Positions 25,459 through 36,820 of a stretch of DNA of 64,000 nt are shown one piece after another. The DNA comes from Felis catus (lineage: Eukaryota). The notes beneath the pieces were generated by a model. That model made no database searches and was not told the DNA's origin. It saw only the letters and a list, made by a program, of their open reading frames with translations. The stretch lies in contig NC_058368.1 of assembly GCF_018350175.1 (NCBI RefSeq), positions 3,162,001 to 3,226,000 of the forward strand, given 5' to 3'. The translations under genes and the position numbers were made by a program. Positions within the stretch are counted from its first letter, which is position 1; every line of letters begins with the position of its first letter.

Positions 25459-25745
25459 GAAAATAGCGAGAGAGACAGAAAGCAGGAGAGAATGAAAAGG
25501 TGAAAATAAAAAGTAAAAAGACCTAAATTATATATGAGAAAATACAGATCAGCTTGTATGGCCCTATTAATGTCAGATAATAATCTTTAATGCAAAATAT
25601 GTCGTGAGGGATAAAAAGAGTCATTGCATAACGGGATGTCATCGTAAATCATCCGGGTTTAAATCACCAGGAAATTTTGACATACTACCCTAGTATGCAT
25701 ATCATTATACACTTTAAAAATACATAAAATAAAATAGAATTAAGG
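24600..25745 (+). mobile_element. Degenerate ancient L1 (ORF1 end to ORF2 start)
   Basis: A-rich, with aataaatgtatgtggacccaactccca...aaattgtcagagtagg...cctatatgctgttttcaagagagccacttaaa (ORF2 start region). Confidence 0.7.
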
Positions 25746-25755
25746 AGATGCTTAA

Positions 25756-25904
25756 GGGGCACCTGGGTGGCTTAGTCAGTTAAGAGTCCAACTCTTGATT
25801 TTGGCTTAGGTCACGATCTCATGGTTTGTGAGTTCGAGCCCCACATGGGGCTCTCCACTATCAGCCCGGAACCCGCTTTGGATCCTCTCTCCCTCTCTCT
25901 CTGC
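25756..25904 (+). mobile_element. CAN-SINE, 3'-truncated
   Basis: ggggcacctgggtggcttagtcagttaag...gagttcgagcccc; no A tail. Confidence 0.9.
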
Positions 25905-26369
25905 ATAAGTTTTAGCTTTTGCAAATATAGAAAATACTTGAAAAAAGTAATTAGAAAAATTCAGGAGAGGCATTAATGGAGCCTTCTAAGTGGGTTTTAT
26001 CTCTTAGGTCAGTGCTTGGTTAGCAGGGGTTTTATCAGCTTATTCTGTGTCTCTTTCACTTAGTTTTCTTCATGGTGTCTTTTACATGACAGATCTTTGA
26101 AAATATATATACTCTAATTTTATCCTTATAGTAAATAGGTTTTGTGGAAAGCATAATAATGTACTCTTTTTTTGTAATTTTAGGGACTTTTAGTGTTTCA
26201 TTTGATTATGAAATTTCTAGAACTGGGAAATCTCTGAAGTATCAGATGGTTATATGCATCTATACATGCATTAATATTGATAGCATTGATGGACCAGTAT
26301 GACTGAAAATAGTCAATTTTAGTGTATAATTTAAACACGGGATAAAAATTAAAATAAATAAAAGGATCT

Positions 26370-26570
26370 GGGGTTCCTGGGTACCTCAGTCAGTTGAACA
26401 TCCAACCCTTGATTTTGGCTCAGGTCACGATCCCAGGATTTTGGGACTGAGCCCCGCGTCAGGCTCTGTGCCGAGCATAGAGCCTGCTTAAGATTCTCTC
26501 CCTCTCTCCCTCTGGCCCTGTCCCATGATCCCACCCTCTCTGTCTCTAAAATAAAGATAATTAAGAGCAG
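26370..26570 (+). mobile_element. CAN-SINE
   Basis: SINE head and linker; TSD taaaaggatc on both sides. Confidence 0.9.
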
Positions 26571-26816
26571 TAAAAGGATCAAAATTATATGCCAGAAAAT
26601 ACAAAAACAGCTTATATAACCATATTAATACTTAATTCTAGTAAAAGATATTAATAGGATTAAGGAGCAGAGGTTATGAAATATCTGAAATATATATTTG
26701 AAATATATATTTATTTAATAAATAGCATATATATAATATAAGCTTATATTTAATTATGTATTTATTTGATAAATATTTATTTAATATGTATTTCACATAT
26801 ATTTCAGATATTTCAT

Positions 26817-26953
26817 AGTCAAATGAAGCATTAAAAGTCCATGAAACTATTAAATGAGTAAATAATTATGTTTTGCATAAAACCCAGTCAAATAAAGCAT
26901 TAAAATCCCTAATACTATTACATGAGGAAATTATTATGTTTTGCATAAAACCC
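26817..26953. repeat. Tandem duplication, 2 x ~69 bp
   Basis: agtcaaat(g/a)aagcattaaaa...ttatgttttgcataaaaccc occurs at 26817-26885 and 26886-26953. Confidence 0.92.
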
Positions 26954-27164
26954 AGTAACCAGAAGGATAAAACTAAGCTATATAAATTTTCAAATACTTG
27001 TCATATAAGAGGCACCATGAACAAAATTAAGAGACTAGGAGAAATATTTGCAAATTATCTGAGAAAGAAAAGATTGTTCATTATTAACAAATATCTTAGA
27101 TACAAGAAAATGCTAATATAATCATAGCTAATGTGTATTCAGTTATTTATTTTGTACCTTCATT

Positions 27165-27371
27165 TTGAATATTTTTTTAGAGAGAGAAAGAGAGAGTGTG
27201 TGAGTGTGAGGGGGCAGAGAGAGGGAGAGAGAGTATCTTAAGCAGCCTTCACATCCAGTATGGAGCCGGACTTGGGGCTCGATCCCATGACCCTGAGATC
27301 ATGACTATGAGATTATGACCTGAGCCAAAATGGAGTCAGACATTTAATCCACTGAGCCACCCAGGCGCCCC
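27165..27371 (-). mobile_element. CAN-SINE inserted in an antisense MIR (about 27120-27560)
   Basis: SINE ends ccacccaggcgcccc; MIR-like tttaatcctg...cctgtttttcaaaagagcaattcgaggcttagaaagattaag follows. Confidence 0.88.
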
Positions 27372-27589
27372 GAACTTCATTATGCATAGATGTTATTTAA
27401 TCCTGATTCCAATCCCAAGAGGTAAGTATTTACTTATATTCCTGTTTTTCAAAAGAGCAATTCGAGGCTTAGAAAGATTAAGCAAGGTCAGGAAAGTAGC
27501 AAGGGACAGGGGTTAGAATTCTGACTCTGCAATTCTGATTCCAGGGTCCATGGAACTATAAGTCCTCCCTGGGGGAAAAAAGGAACACT

Positions 27590-27960
27590 GAAATTCAGAA
27601 ATGAAAAATAAACAAAAAAAGTACGAGAGACAATACACAGGAAATGTAAATAGGAATAAACCTAAGTCAAAAGATCCAACTCGCTAGCAAAGAAAATGCG
27701 TATTAAAACAAAAAGTATGCATTTTTATTCACCAGACTTTCAGAACAGGTTACTTCAGATATCCAGTGTTGGTGGGCCTGAGTGGAAATAGATACTGTCC
27801 TGCACTTTTGGTCAAAATTTGGTAGGCCTTTCTGGAGTGCAATTTGGTCCTGTTCATGAAAATATGAAGTGAATTAACTCTTCATCTCATCAAAAGCAAG
27901 GATTCAGGAAGATAATTTTAGGAGGATGGTTATTGCAGTGTTGTTTCCATTATAAAGTAT
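27590..27960 (+). mobile_element. Highly degenerate L1ME-like 3' fragment
   Basis: aaagaaaatgcgtattaaaac...gatatccagtgttggtg...cctttctggagtgcaatttgg...ttattgcagtgttgttt. Confidence 0.6.
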
Positions 27961-28810
27961 TCTGCCCCTGAGGGCAGGCGACAACTCAGGCGAAATAGCT
28001 TAATGGTGGGAAGAAGGAGTGAAAGACAGCTCTGGAAAATATAAACTTCAAAGAAGCCTACTTCACAGCTTTGGGGACCTTGCAGAATCACAGAGTCTCC
28101 CTCCAAAAGTCACTAAAATAGCGAATATGCAGACAGATGGAACCTCCATACACGCCTGCTTTCATGAATTTCTAGAAATGTATCTGCCTTACCATTGTTT
28201 TTCCCTTAGGAGAAGTATTTGCCTAGCCTTCGGGGAGTAGTAATTACGGATGCTAATCAAAACTCTGATCCTGATTTCCTGAGAGAAGTTTTCAACTTAT
28301 ATGCACAGCTTAGCAACCATTATTTATTGTAATTCTAGCTTCTTTCTTTAGAGACACAACTGGGTAGATTAAAATCTGGGAGAGGCACTGATGATGTTAG
28401 GTCAGAGTGGTGAAACATTGACTTCACCCTGGAAACATAGATCCTCTTTACATTATTCAGAGTCTTTATAAGGCTGTCTGTGTAGATAGATGATACCTGT
28501 GTCCTGACCTAAGTAAGTTTTTGTCTGGTACAGGTGATGTTTGCATTGATTTGTTCCCTATCCCCACTTCCTAATGACCACGCACCCAAGTATGAGATTG
28601 CTGGCTGCAGCCAGAGGCCATCTGTGGCCACGCGGCCACAAACATCTCACATATGCCGATGTGGTTTGCACACAAGGTTCTGGTCTCCTAATTGTACCCT
28701 CCCGTCAATTGAACCAGCCAACGAGAGCCCGTTTGAGCCAAATCTCTAGCAATTTTTCATTGTGAAAACGTGCTTTCCCGAAGGAGGAACAACAGATACT
28801 CTGAAATGCC

Positions 28811-28863
28811 AATAAAATAAAGTAAAATAAAATAAAATAAAATAAAATAAAATAAAATAAAAT
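28811..28863. repeat. (TAAAA)n
   Basis: Direct reading. Confidence 0.95.
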
Positions 28864-30984
28864 TTGAGCTGTCAAATTTCATATATGCTTTCACAGAAGG
28901 AAAATGGACTTGGAGTCTTAAAATAAATGCTATTTTAGAAGGTGTATTACGGGACCACAAAATAGGCGAAATCGGATTAGAACAAAGTTTTGTTGACTCT
29001 AGTAATTTGAGCACAGCTTCCAAATTTAAATCTTTTATGCCGAACTGTGCTTTGTAATCACCTGTAGAAAAACAAAGTGATTTTGACAAACCAGTTCTTA
29101 ATTTGGAAGCCCTTTTCATCGTGTAATGTCAGGCTCTTTTTCGAATGTTGTGCAAAGGCTCCACAGAATGTATGGGGACGTGGCATTTCCCAGGTGAAAC
29201 TCTACCCTGCAAGGGGAAAGTCTGTGATACCGTGAATTTTTCATGGAATTTTCCAATGATGAACATGTTTTTTTCACTCTCAAAAATGCAGTTGCCGCGC
29301 AGGAATTGCCCCGTTAATTACAGCGTAAAAGCGCGCTCTTTCCTGATGGCAGTGCAGATAGAACTGTTGGCATGCCAACACAGTGCAGCTCTCTGCCAGG
29401 AACCTACACAATAACAAATGAATTGCAATGACAGAAAGATTACATTATTTTATATTCTGGAGAGCTACAAGGAGAGCTGAGACTGTCAGGTAACATGGTA
29501 ATTACGTTTAAAGTAACTCGATAATTAAAAAAATATCTATTAGTAAGTAATCTGCTGAAACATGCCGTTATTATAAGGCTACGTGTCCCTTTCCATCACG
29601 TTAGCACCAAATTAGGGGTTGAGACCCTGATTGTCTCCCAACAAAAGGCAGGACAGTTGAAACACGGATGAGGAGGGGGGAGATTTTTCTTCCTTACTAG
29701 AGTTGACCAGAGAATGAAAGTTTCGGGCGCAATGTAACAGATCATCTCTTTCAAGTTTCTCCTTAAGCCAACATCTAAGCAGAACAAGGAGGCTCTCTGG
29801 AAGACTATTTTTCTCATGATGAAGCTGGCTTCACGTTCTGCTGGTGGAAGGAGAAAGCAAGAGAAACTCTTATTCGAGGCACTCTTTGCCATGGCCACCT
29901 GGGACTTCATCCGAGTGGTGGCAGGAATAGAATTCTCTGGCTATCCCAATGACACTGGGGCTTATGGTCACCATGGACTCTTGCGGTTTCTAAGTCACGA
30001 AGAGGTGTAAGTTGAGGTTACAGTAAAGTGTCATCATACACGTCGGGGGGTGAATTAGAATTGCATTTGGGAAAGATGATTCAAAGGAATAAATATACAC
30101 ATTCAATGACACCAAGATCTGTTGTGGGGAAACAATGGAGACGGGCAGGCAGGGCAAGTCCCCAGTAAGGATCTGTGTTACTATGCCAGGGCATGAAGGA
30201 ATGTAAATTACAAGCACTACACGAATGCTTGGTGCCACTGTTGGTGTCCTTTCTAGAGTATCAGCATGTTGGAAACATGGGGCTGTCTGCTCAGAATAGA
30301 ACTGATCAGCATGGAATGTGACATTAAGCTCATGAGAAAGAAAGTTCAATGGCTGTGGAGGACCTAAATCAAGAATGTAAAGAAACGCAACAGAGGGATG
30401 AGCAACCAGAAGCCAAGGGCCCTAACGCTGGGATAAATGAGAGAGGAATATTCAGATCATACTCTCTAAGTCTATAGTTTTTAGGGTTTTCTGGAGCTCG
30501 CTAGTGGTTCCTGATTTTCTGTGAAGTGGCTCCTTGATGGTCTGAGAAAAGAAATAAGGGAATGAAATTATTTTATGTTTGCACATCTCACAGATTAAAA
30601 AGATCAGACTCATTACGATTTTCACAGCTATATATTTCTCAAAAGTCTTTATGTTTGCAAAATTATCTGTACACAGAAAACACCGGGTCATTCACATCCT
30701 TTGAGCCAACATCTGGCTAACAGGGAATCACGTAGATGTGGTTAGGGACACTTTCCCAGGATTTCCCTGCTACTGTTTGCGGTCCCTGCCATTTCCATTG
30801 TTATTAGTGTGGTGTGTTCTTGCCCGACTTCAATGATATGAATCAGTGGCTCAAAATTGGTCATTGCAGCATAAAGCTTTTTCGGAGTAATATTTTTGGA
30901 GTGTCTGTTTCTTGCCAGCCACATTTTTATGCCCTGGAGATATGGCAACGAGGAGGATAGAGGGGTGGCCCACACTCAGATGCT

Positions 30985-31240
30985 CCAGTTATATGATGGA
31001 AGGAGACATTTACCATCAAACAAGCGATGGAAAAAATCAGCTACAAGTATGTGTCATGGGGAAAGAAAAAGAATGATAAGACATTTAAGCGTTTCAGTTG
31101 GTGGGTGCTGTAGAATGGGTGGTCAGAGCGGGGCTACTCTGAGAAGAACCACGATCTGGATAATAAGGCACGAGCAATGACAGAGTCTGGGGAAAAGCAT
31201 TCCTAGCAGGGGGAACGGTGAGAAGGAGGACTCAGAGGCA
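30985..31240 (-). mobile_element. L2 fragment
   Basis: ggtggtcagagcgggctactctgagaag...ctggggaaaagcattcctagcagggggaacgg. Confidence 0.65.
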
Positions 31241-31638
31241 GGATCAAGGAAATACCACCACTTGGAATTAGGCTTCAAGAATCAATAATTAAGAGGACTC
31301 TAGTGGAAACAGGGATGTGATCTTTATCTAAACCTGTTCGTGAGATTAAAAAAAAAATTAAAGGAAAACTAAAAATTGAAAGGCAACATTCCGAATGTGC
31401 TTTTTTATTGGATTATTTATTTCTAGACTTCAGTATGTTTTCTGTTACAAATAGGATGACAGAAAACGTAATCATCAATTGAAAAAAATATTTATTAATT
31501 TACTATGAAATGAGTTTATTACGTCAGACTTAAAACCAATCTATTAAAACCACTTTTAAAACGAATATCTTTCCTTAAAATGACTAGGCACGTTATATAC
31601 ACTGATTGAATGAAACGTAATAGAATATTTGCTAAATA

Positions 31639-31837
31639 GGGACGCCTGGGTGACTCGGTCGGTTAAGTGTCTGACTTCAGCTCGGGTCATGATCTCGTGT
31701 AAGTTAAGCCCAGCTCAGGCTCTCTGCTGTCCGCACAGAGCCCGCTTCAGATCCTCTGTCTCTCTTTCTTTGCCCCTCCCGTGTTCTCTCTCTCTCTCTC
31801 TCTCTCTCAAAAATAAATAAATAAATAAGAAGAAAAA
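31639..31837 (+). mobile_element. CAN-SINE
   Basis: 15-bp TSD aatatttgctaaata at 31624-31638 and 31838-31852. Confidence 0.95.
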
Positions 31838-31964
31838 AATATTTGCTAAATATTATTGAAATGCTTCCAGATTATAATAATCTAAAAATTAAAAACAGCA
31901 TGAATGGAATAGCTATTCTTGGCACATAGTCGTGTTTCTTACAGTTTCATAACTGTATCTCTTT

Positions 31965-32193
31965 TTTTTTCTTTTTTGTACTTTTTTTTAACGTTTGTTT
32001 TTGAGAGAGAGAGACAGAGTGTGAGCGGGAGAGGGGCAGAGAGAGAGAGAGAGAGAGAGAAAGAGGGAGGAACAGAATCTGAAGCTCTGAGCTGTCAGCA
32101 CAGAGCCCGATGTGGGGCTCAAACTCACCAACCTCGAGATCATAACCTGAGCTGAAGTCTGATGCTTAACCGACTGAGCCACCCAGGCGCCCC
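31965..32193 (-). mobile_element. CAN-SINE
   Basis: 16-bp TSD ataactgtatctcttt at 31949-31964 and 32195-32210. Confidence 0.95.
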
Positions 32194-32982
32194 TATAACT
32201 GTATCTCTTTACCACTGGTGTGTTTCTGACGAATGCACTTACTTTACAGTGATACTGCCTCTCCTCTTCTACATTGCCCTTGTGGCTAAGAACTCTGAAA
32301 TTGCTGACATTTTCAACTAGTCCTTCTCCGTAGACCATCAGCATCACTGAGAAGATGCTCCCCTCCCAGTGCCGAGATGCCTGGAAAACATGGCACAAGT
32401 TCCGCTGAAAAAAGGCTACGTTAGGTCTTTTATTTTAAAATACACATATTTAGCTCACACATTTTCACGAGTTCTGTGTTTTCGCTTCAAATCAGAACAC
32501 CTACGTCCAGCAAAAATGTTTGTGTGACACAAATTCATCAAATAAATCGTCTGTAGTTATTAAGGTTTCGGATGTCTTGCCAAATTTAGATTCTCAACGT
32601 TATAGATCTTCTCAATTTCATTCCTTTCAAAATAGGGAACCCATCATTAGCTAATTAAAAATATGACCTCCATCAAAAACGTTCTTCCCAGAAGTAAAAA
32701 TATCCTAAAGCAGAATTTTAGAATTGCAAAATTTGTGGATTGTATATGCTCTTTGAGCCCGTATCACTTAATTTAGCTGGTTTCTCCCCTCCTTATGGGG
32801 GAATATATTCTAATATCTCCTTTGTACTAGTTTTCTTTCCAAGAATTATAAGTTTTGGAAGTTTCACATGTGGAAAAGTTTTAGATGCTCCAATGAAGAC
32901 TTTTGTTGCAATGGTTACAAGTGAATTTGTCAAAAATGCAAATCTAAGTCTAAAAGACATCTCAAGAAATCTAAAGACATCA

Positions 32983-33103
32983 CCCTTGCCGTGATGAGTG
33001 CTGAATAATGTATAGAATTGTTGAATCACTACATTGTACACCTGAAACTAACACAACACTGTGTGTTAACTCTACTGGGATTGAAATTAAAAATTAAGAA
33101 AAA
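32983..33103 (+). mobile_element. Extremely 5'-truncated carnivore L1 (about 120 bp)
   Basis: gatgagtgctgaataatgtatagaattgttgaatcactacattgtacacctgaaactaa; perfect 19-bp TSD aagaaatctaaagacatca at 32964-32982 and 33104-33122. Confidence 0.92.
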
Positions 33104-33136
33104 AAGAAATCTAAAGACATCATTAAAAAAATGTAT

Positions 33137-33372
33137 GTGACACCTGGGTGGCTCAGTCAATGAAGCATCTGACTCTTGATTTCACATTCAGGTCATGATC
33201 TCACAGTCTGTGAGTTCAAGCCCCACATCTGGCTCTGCACTGGCAGTGTAGAGCCTGCTTGGGATTCTCTCTCTCTCTGTCTCTCTCTTTCTCTCTGCCC
33301 CTCCTCTTTCCATGCACTCTCTCTCTCTCAAAATAAACAAACACTAAAAAAATTTAAAAATTAAAAAAAAAA
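33137..33372 (+). mobile_element. CAN-SINE
   Basis: cacctgggtggctcagtc...gagttcaagcccc...CT linker, A tail. Confidence 0.92.
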
Positions 33373-34630
33373 CTGCAATGCCCTGAGAAAGTTTGGTGAC
33401 ATCTAAATGTAATTGTCTGAAAGCTAAAACATTTCTAAACTCTAATGAGTGAAGGGAGGCGAAAAAGAAGCATGGAGATACATGTAGCTGAGTTTCTGTG
33501 TAGGGTGAACTACATAATTCTCTGAATTAACTTCCTTATAGAATTACCTTGCAGAGTAAAAGAGTAAATAAAATATGCTAATTCAGAGCACATCTACCCA
33601 TATGTATGACGATGGTTCAACAGAAATTGTAGAGATTGTTTAGAACTTTGATCAAAACGTGATTTTAGGGATGACAGTGTTTCATCATTGGCGTTGTTCA
33701 GACTGGACAGGTTATGAGGGTAATGAGGAACCGATTTGGGGGTGAGGGCATTGTTTTCAATTTGTGGCAGATAACACAGTCCTTTGTCACTAGTTCCTGA
33801 CAGACTGCTCCCACTGCCCAATCTGTGGTCCACACTGTCAATCAATTCCAAGTAAATTTACGTTACATAGTTTTCTTAAGGTAACAAGAAGCTTGGTTTA
33901 ACTATGATACGAGATTTCACCAATATTTGCATCTCTGCAATGACTCTCCTTCCCACACATGACTTACCTTTAAAGGTGAACTTTTAAATTAGATTTACAA
34001 TAGCATTTGCCAAAAATGTTGGAATTTTTAACTTTGACATAATGAATATAAAGCTTTAGCTTAATCCTATGAAGTAGGGAAAATAGAATCACTGCTGAAA
34101 TATACTCAACTGATTTTCTATTTAAATCACCAAATAATACTGACATAACTACACAATTTTTCTGCAAATAGAGTCAACACATGAAAAAGCCGTCAGTTAA
34201 TGTTTTGCACATTTGCAAAAATTACATTAGAAAATTAATTAAGGAGACCAGCTATTTGGTCTACATGACAAATCTCATTTTATAAAATAATATATAAACA
34301 GTAACATGTGATAAATTATCATTTTGAACGAAGTCTTTGTAAAGGTAGCAATTAATTTTGAAGCTGATGCTGATGTATGGCCTGTGTTTTCTGTTTGTTT
34401 TTTGTGGGTTTTTTTTTTTTGCCATTTGTTTGATCATTGATATTGCCACTGCTCTCACAGTAAATGGCAAATGTTAATGGGTACGTTGTGCAAGTTCAAC
34501 ATCATCTTTTGCAGAAATCAAAAGTCAGTACTTTGAAAACAATTATTGAACATTTATTCTTTCTCTTTTTAGCTCATCGCTGCAAATGAGTTTATTGCAA
34601 AGCATTACCAAATAATAAAATAAATACATT

Positions 34631-36820
34631 CATGCCTGTAGCTCCCGGTGCCCTTGTGCGGCCCCCTCCCACACTGACTCTGAACTGCTCTGCGATTTGC
34701 CTTAGCCAATAGACAGTGGTTAGCGTGATGTTATGCTGTCATTTTCAAGTGTGATTCTTGGACAGTCTTGGAAGCATCCTTTGCTGCCCTGTTGGGTTCT
34801 GGACTTCTTTTCTAGAGAGAGAAGCTATGTGGAGAGGCCCTGGAGAAGGGGCCATCGTGTGGTGAGATCAGCCATAGGTAGGAGCCTGCAGCCTCCAGAC
34901 CCGTGAGTGGGATATTCATCTTTGACACTCTAACCTCCATTCATTTACATGTAATCATGTAAGGTAGCCCAAGGAAGGTGAACAGAGGAGCCACAGGCCA
35001 ATCCTCAGCCAGCCCACATGATAATGGGACAGAATAAAATTGTCATTGTTTTAAGCCATCAAGGTGTGAGATAGTTTGTCATGCAGCATTAGATTACTGA
35101 AACAGAAATGGGTACTCAGATTGGGTGTTGCCATAACAAAGATCTAAGACACATGGTACTGGTGTAGGGACCACATGGCAGGTGGAAGCTGGACGGGCTT
35201 CAAGGACACTGTCATTAAAAGGTGGAGGGACAGGGGAGAAAGATAGGAGGAAAAAGGCAGTTGGCTTTATAGTGTGGTGGGAAGTTTGGGAATAGTGTCA
35301 CCTCTGGTAATATGGAAGGAAGATAGAGATTAATTTAATGAAAGTTGGATCAGGCTAAGTTTTCCAGACATAAATGTCCCTCCAGGCTTCTATTAGCTGG
35401 TTTTAATAAAGCATAGAAGTAGGGAGATGAATACCAGAGAGAGCTGTTTCATTTGTAAGAAAAATTTCGAGAGGATGTAAAGTAACTGAGACTTGCTATG
35501 TTTAAAAATAAAACTATCATTCTTAGTGTTTCTCAGTGGATGATACTCAAAGGGAGAAGGGGCCTCCGAACCATGGCCAAATCTTGAGTGCTCTCAGTGA
35601 AGTGTGGTTTTAAGGTCAAGATGTCATGGGTGCTATTCTAAGAAACATTCCTAAGACCTCAGAATTATTTCAAGCGGTGCTCACTAGACAAAATGACTTC
35701 TTAGGATCTGGCCAGCATCTTAGGGTATTGACTCACAGCAGTCTAAGAGAGAGGGGCCTGTCTTAAAGAGTTATAGGACTGTGTCTTTTGTCTATGGGAA
35801 CAGATTTATAATTTGATGCATAGGAAACCCACAAAGTTTCAAAGGACGTTGTAATTTCTTGGGCTGCCGGGGACAGAGTCCATTGAAAATGAGGAGGACT
35901 CTGAACCTTCAAACTTTGATGTGCAGAAAATGGATTGAGAAATTTTCCTCATCTGTAAAATTGGCCTATTTCTTTTGGAAAAGAAAGGGTGACTTGGAAG
36001 GCCAAGTCCAAATCCCAGAGGATGAAGCCAGCAGCCATGGGAAAAACACTTCTAGAAGGCAGGACCGAGTCCCACTCTAATTCCTGGATATAGGTACCCG
36101 TCATGCTTCAGAATTTCTATGGCCTTTGACTACTGTCATTTTTCTGCCTTTGACTTTTTTTTTAATGTTTATTTAATTTTGAGAGATAGAGACAGAGTGG
36201 GAGCAGGGGAGGAACAGAGAGAGACAGGGAGACACAGAATCTGAAGCAGGCTCCAGGCTCTGAGCTGTCAGCACAGAGCCCAATGTGGGGCTAGAACTTG
36301 GGACCAGCGAGATCATGACCTGAGCCGAAGTCGGACGCCCAACCGACTGAGCCACCCAGGCGCCCCCTCTGCCCCCAACTTTTGACTGTGTCAATTGCTA
36401 TTCCTCTGTTGCCAACTTACCATTACGTATTTGGTGTGTGTGTGTGTGGGGGGGGGTGAGGCAGATGACTTGTCTTTTCAATATACGCCTCTTCAGATTA
36501 AGAGGTGCCTCATTCAAGAAGCCTCATCTCCACCTCTACATTCAGATGATGAAACGTCATGCTTAAGATCGATGCCATAATGGGACGAGATTTAGGGATA
36601 CTGGGAAGGCATAAGTGTACTTTCCACGTAGGAAGGTTGCAAAATTGAGGACAGATGGGAGGAATGTGGTAACTGTTCTCATCGATGTCCCTCGATGACC
36701 TACACGACTCAGTGTTCACATCCTTTTCCAGTGGCCTCCCACAGTGAGCCTGGGGTGGCCTCTGACTCCCTTTAACCAATAAACCTTCGTCGAGAGATGA
36801 AGTGAGGTGCCCAGTCTTCA
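34631..36820 (+). mobile_element. MaLR provirus remnant (MLT1F/G/H-like): 5' LTR about 34631-35104, internal 35105-36664, partial 3' LTR from 36665
   Basis: LTR end gtcatgcagcattagattactgaaaca joins directly to an MLT-internal start gaaatgggtactcagattgggtgttgccataacaaa; purine-rich tract then tgtggtaactg begins a second LTR similar to the first (ctcccaca.tga...ccaata). Confidence 0.78.
36159..36366 (-). mobile_element. CAN-SINE inside the MaLR internal region
   Basis: Full SINE; TSD-like tctgcc....actttt. Confidence 0.95.

Noticed and set aside
26817..26953. CRISPR-like repeat-spacer arrangement (also considered for 48674-48790)
   Set aside because: Only two repeat copies, no array, no cas genes, and a mammalian context
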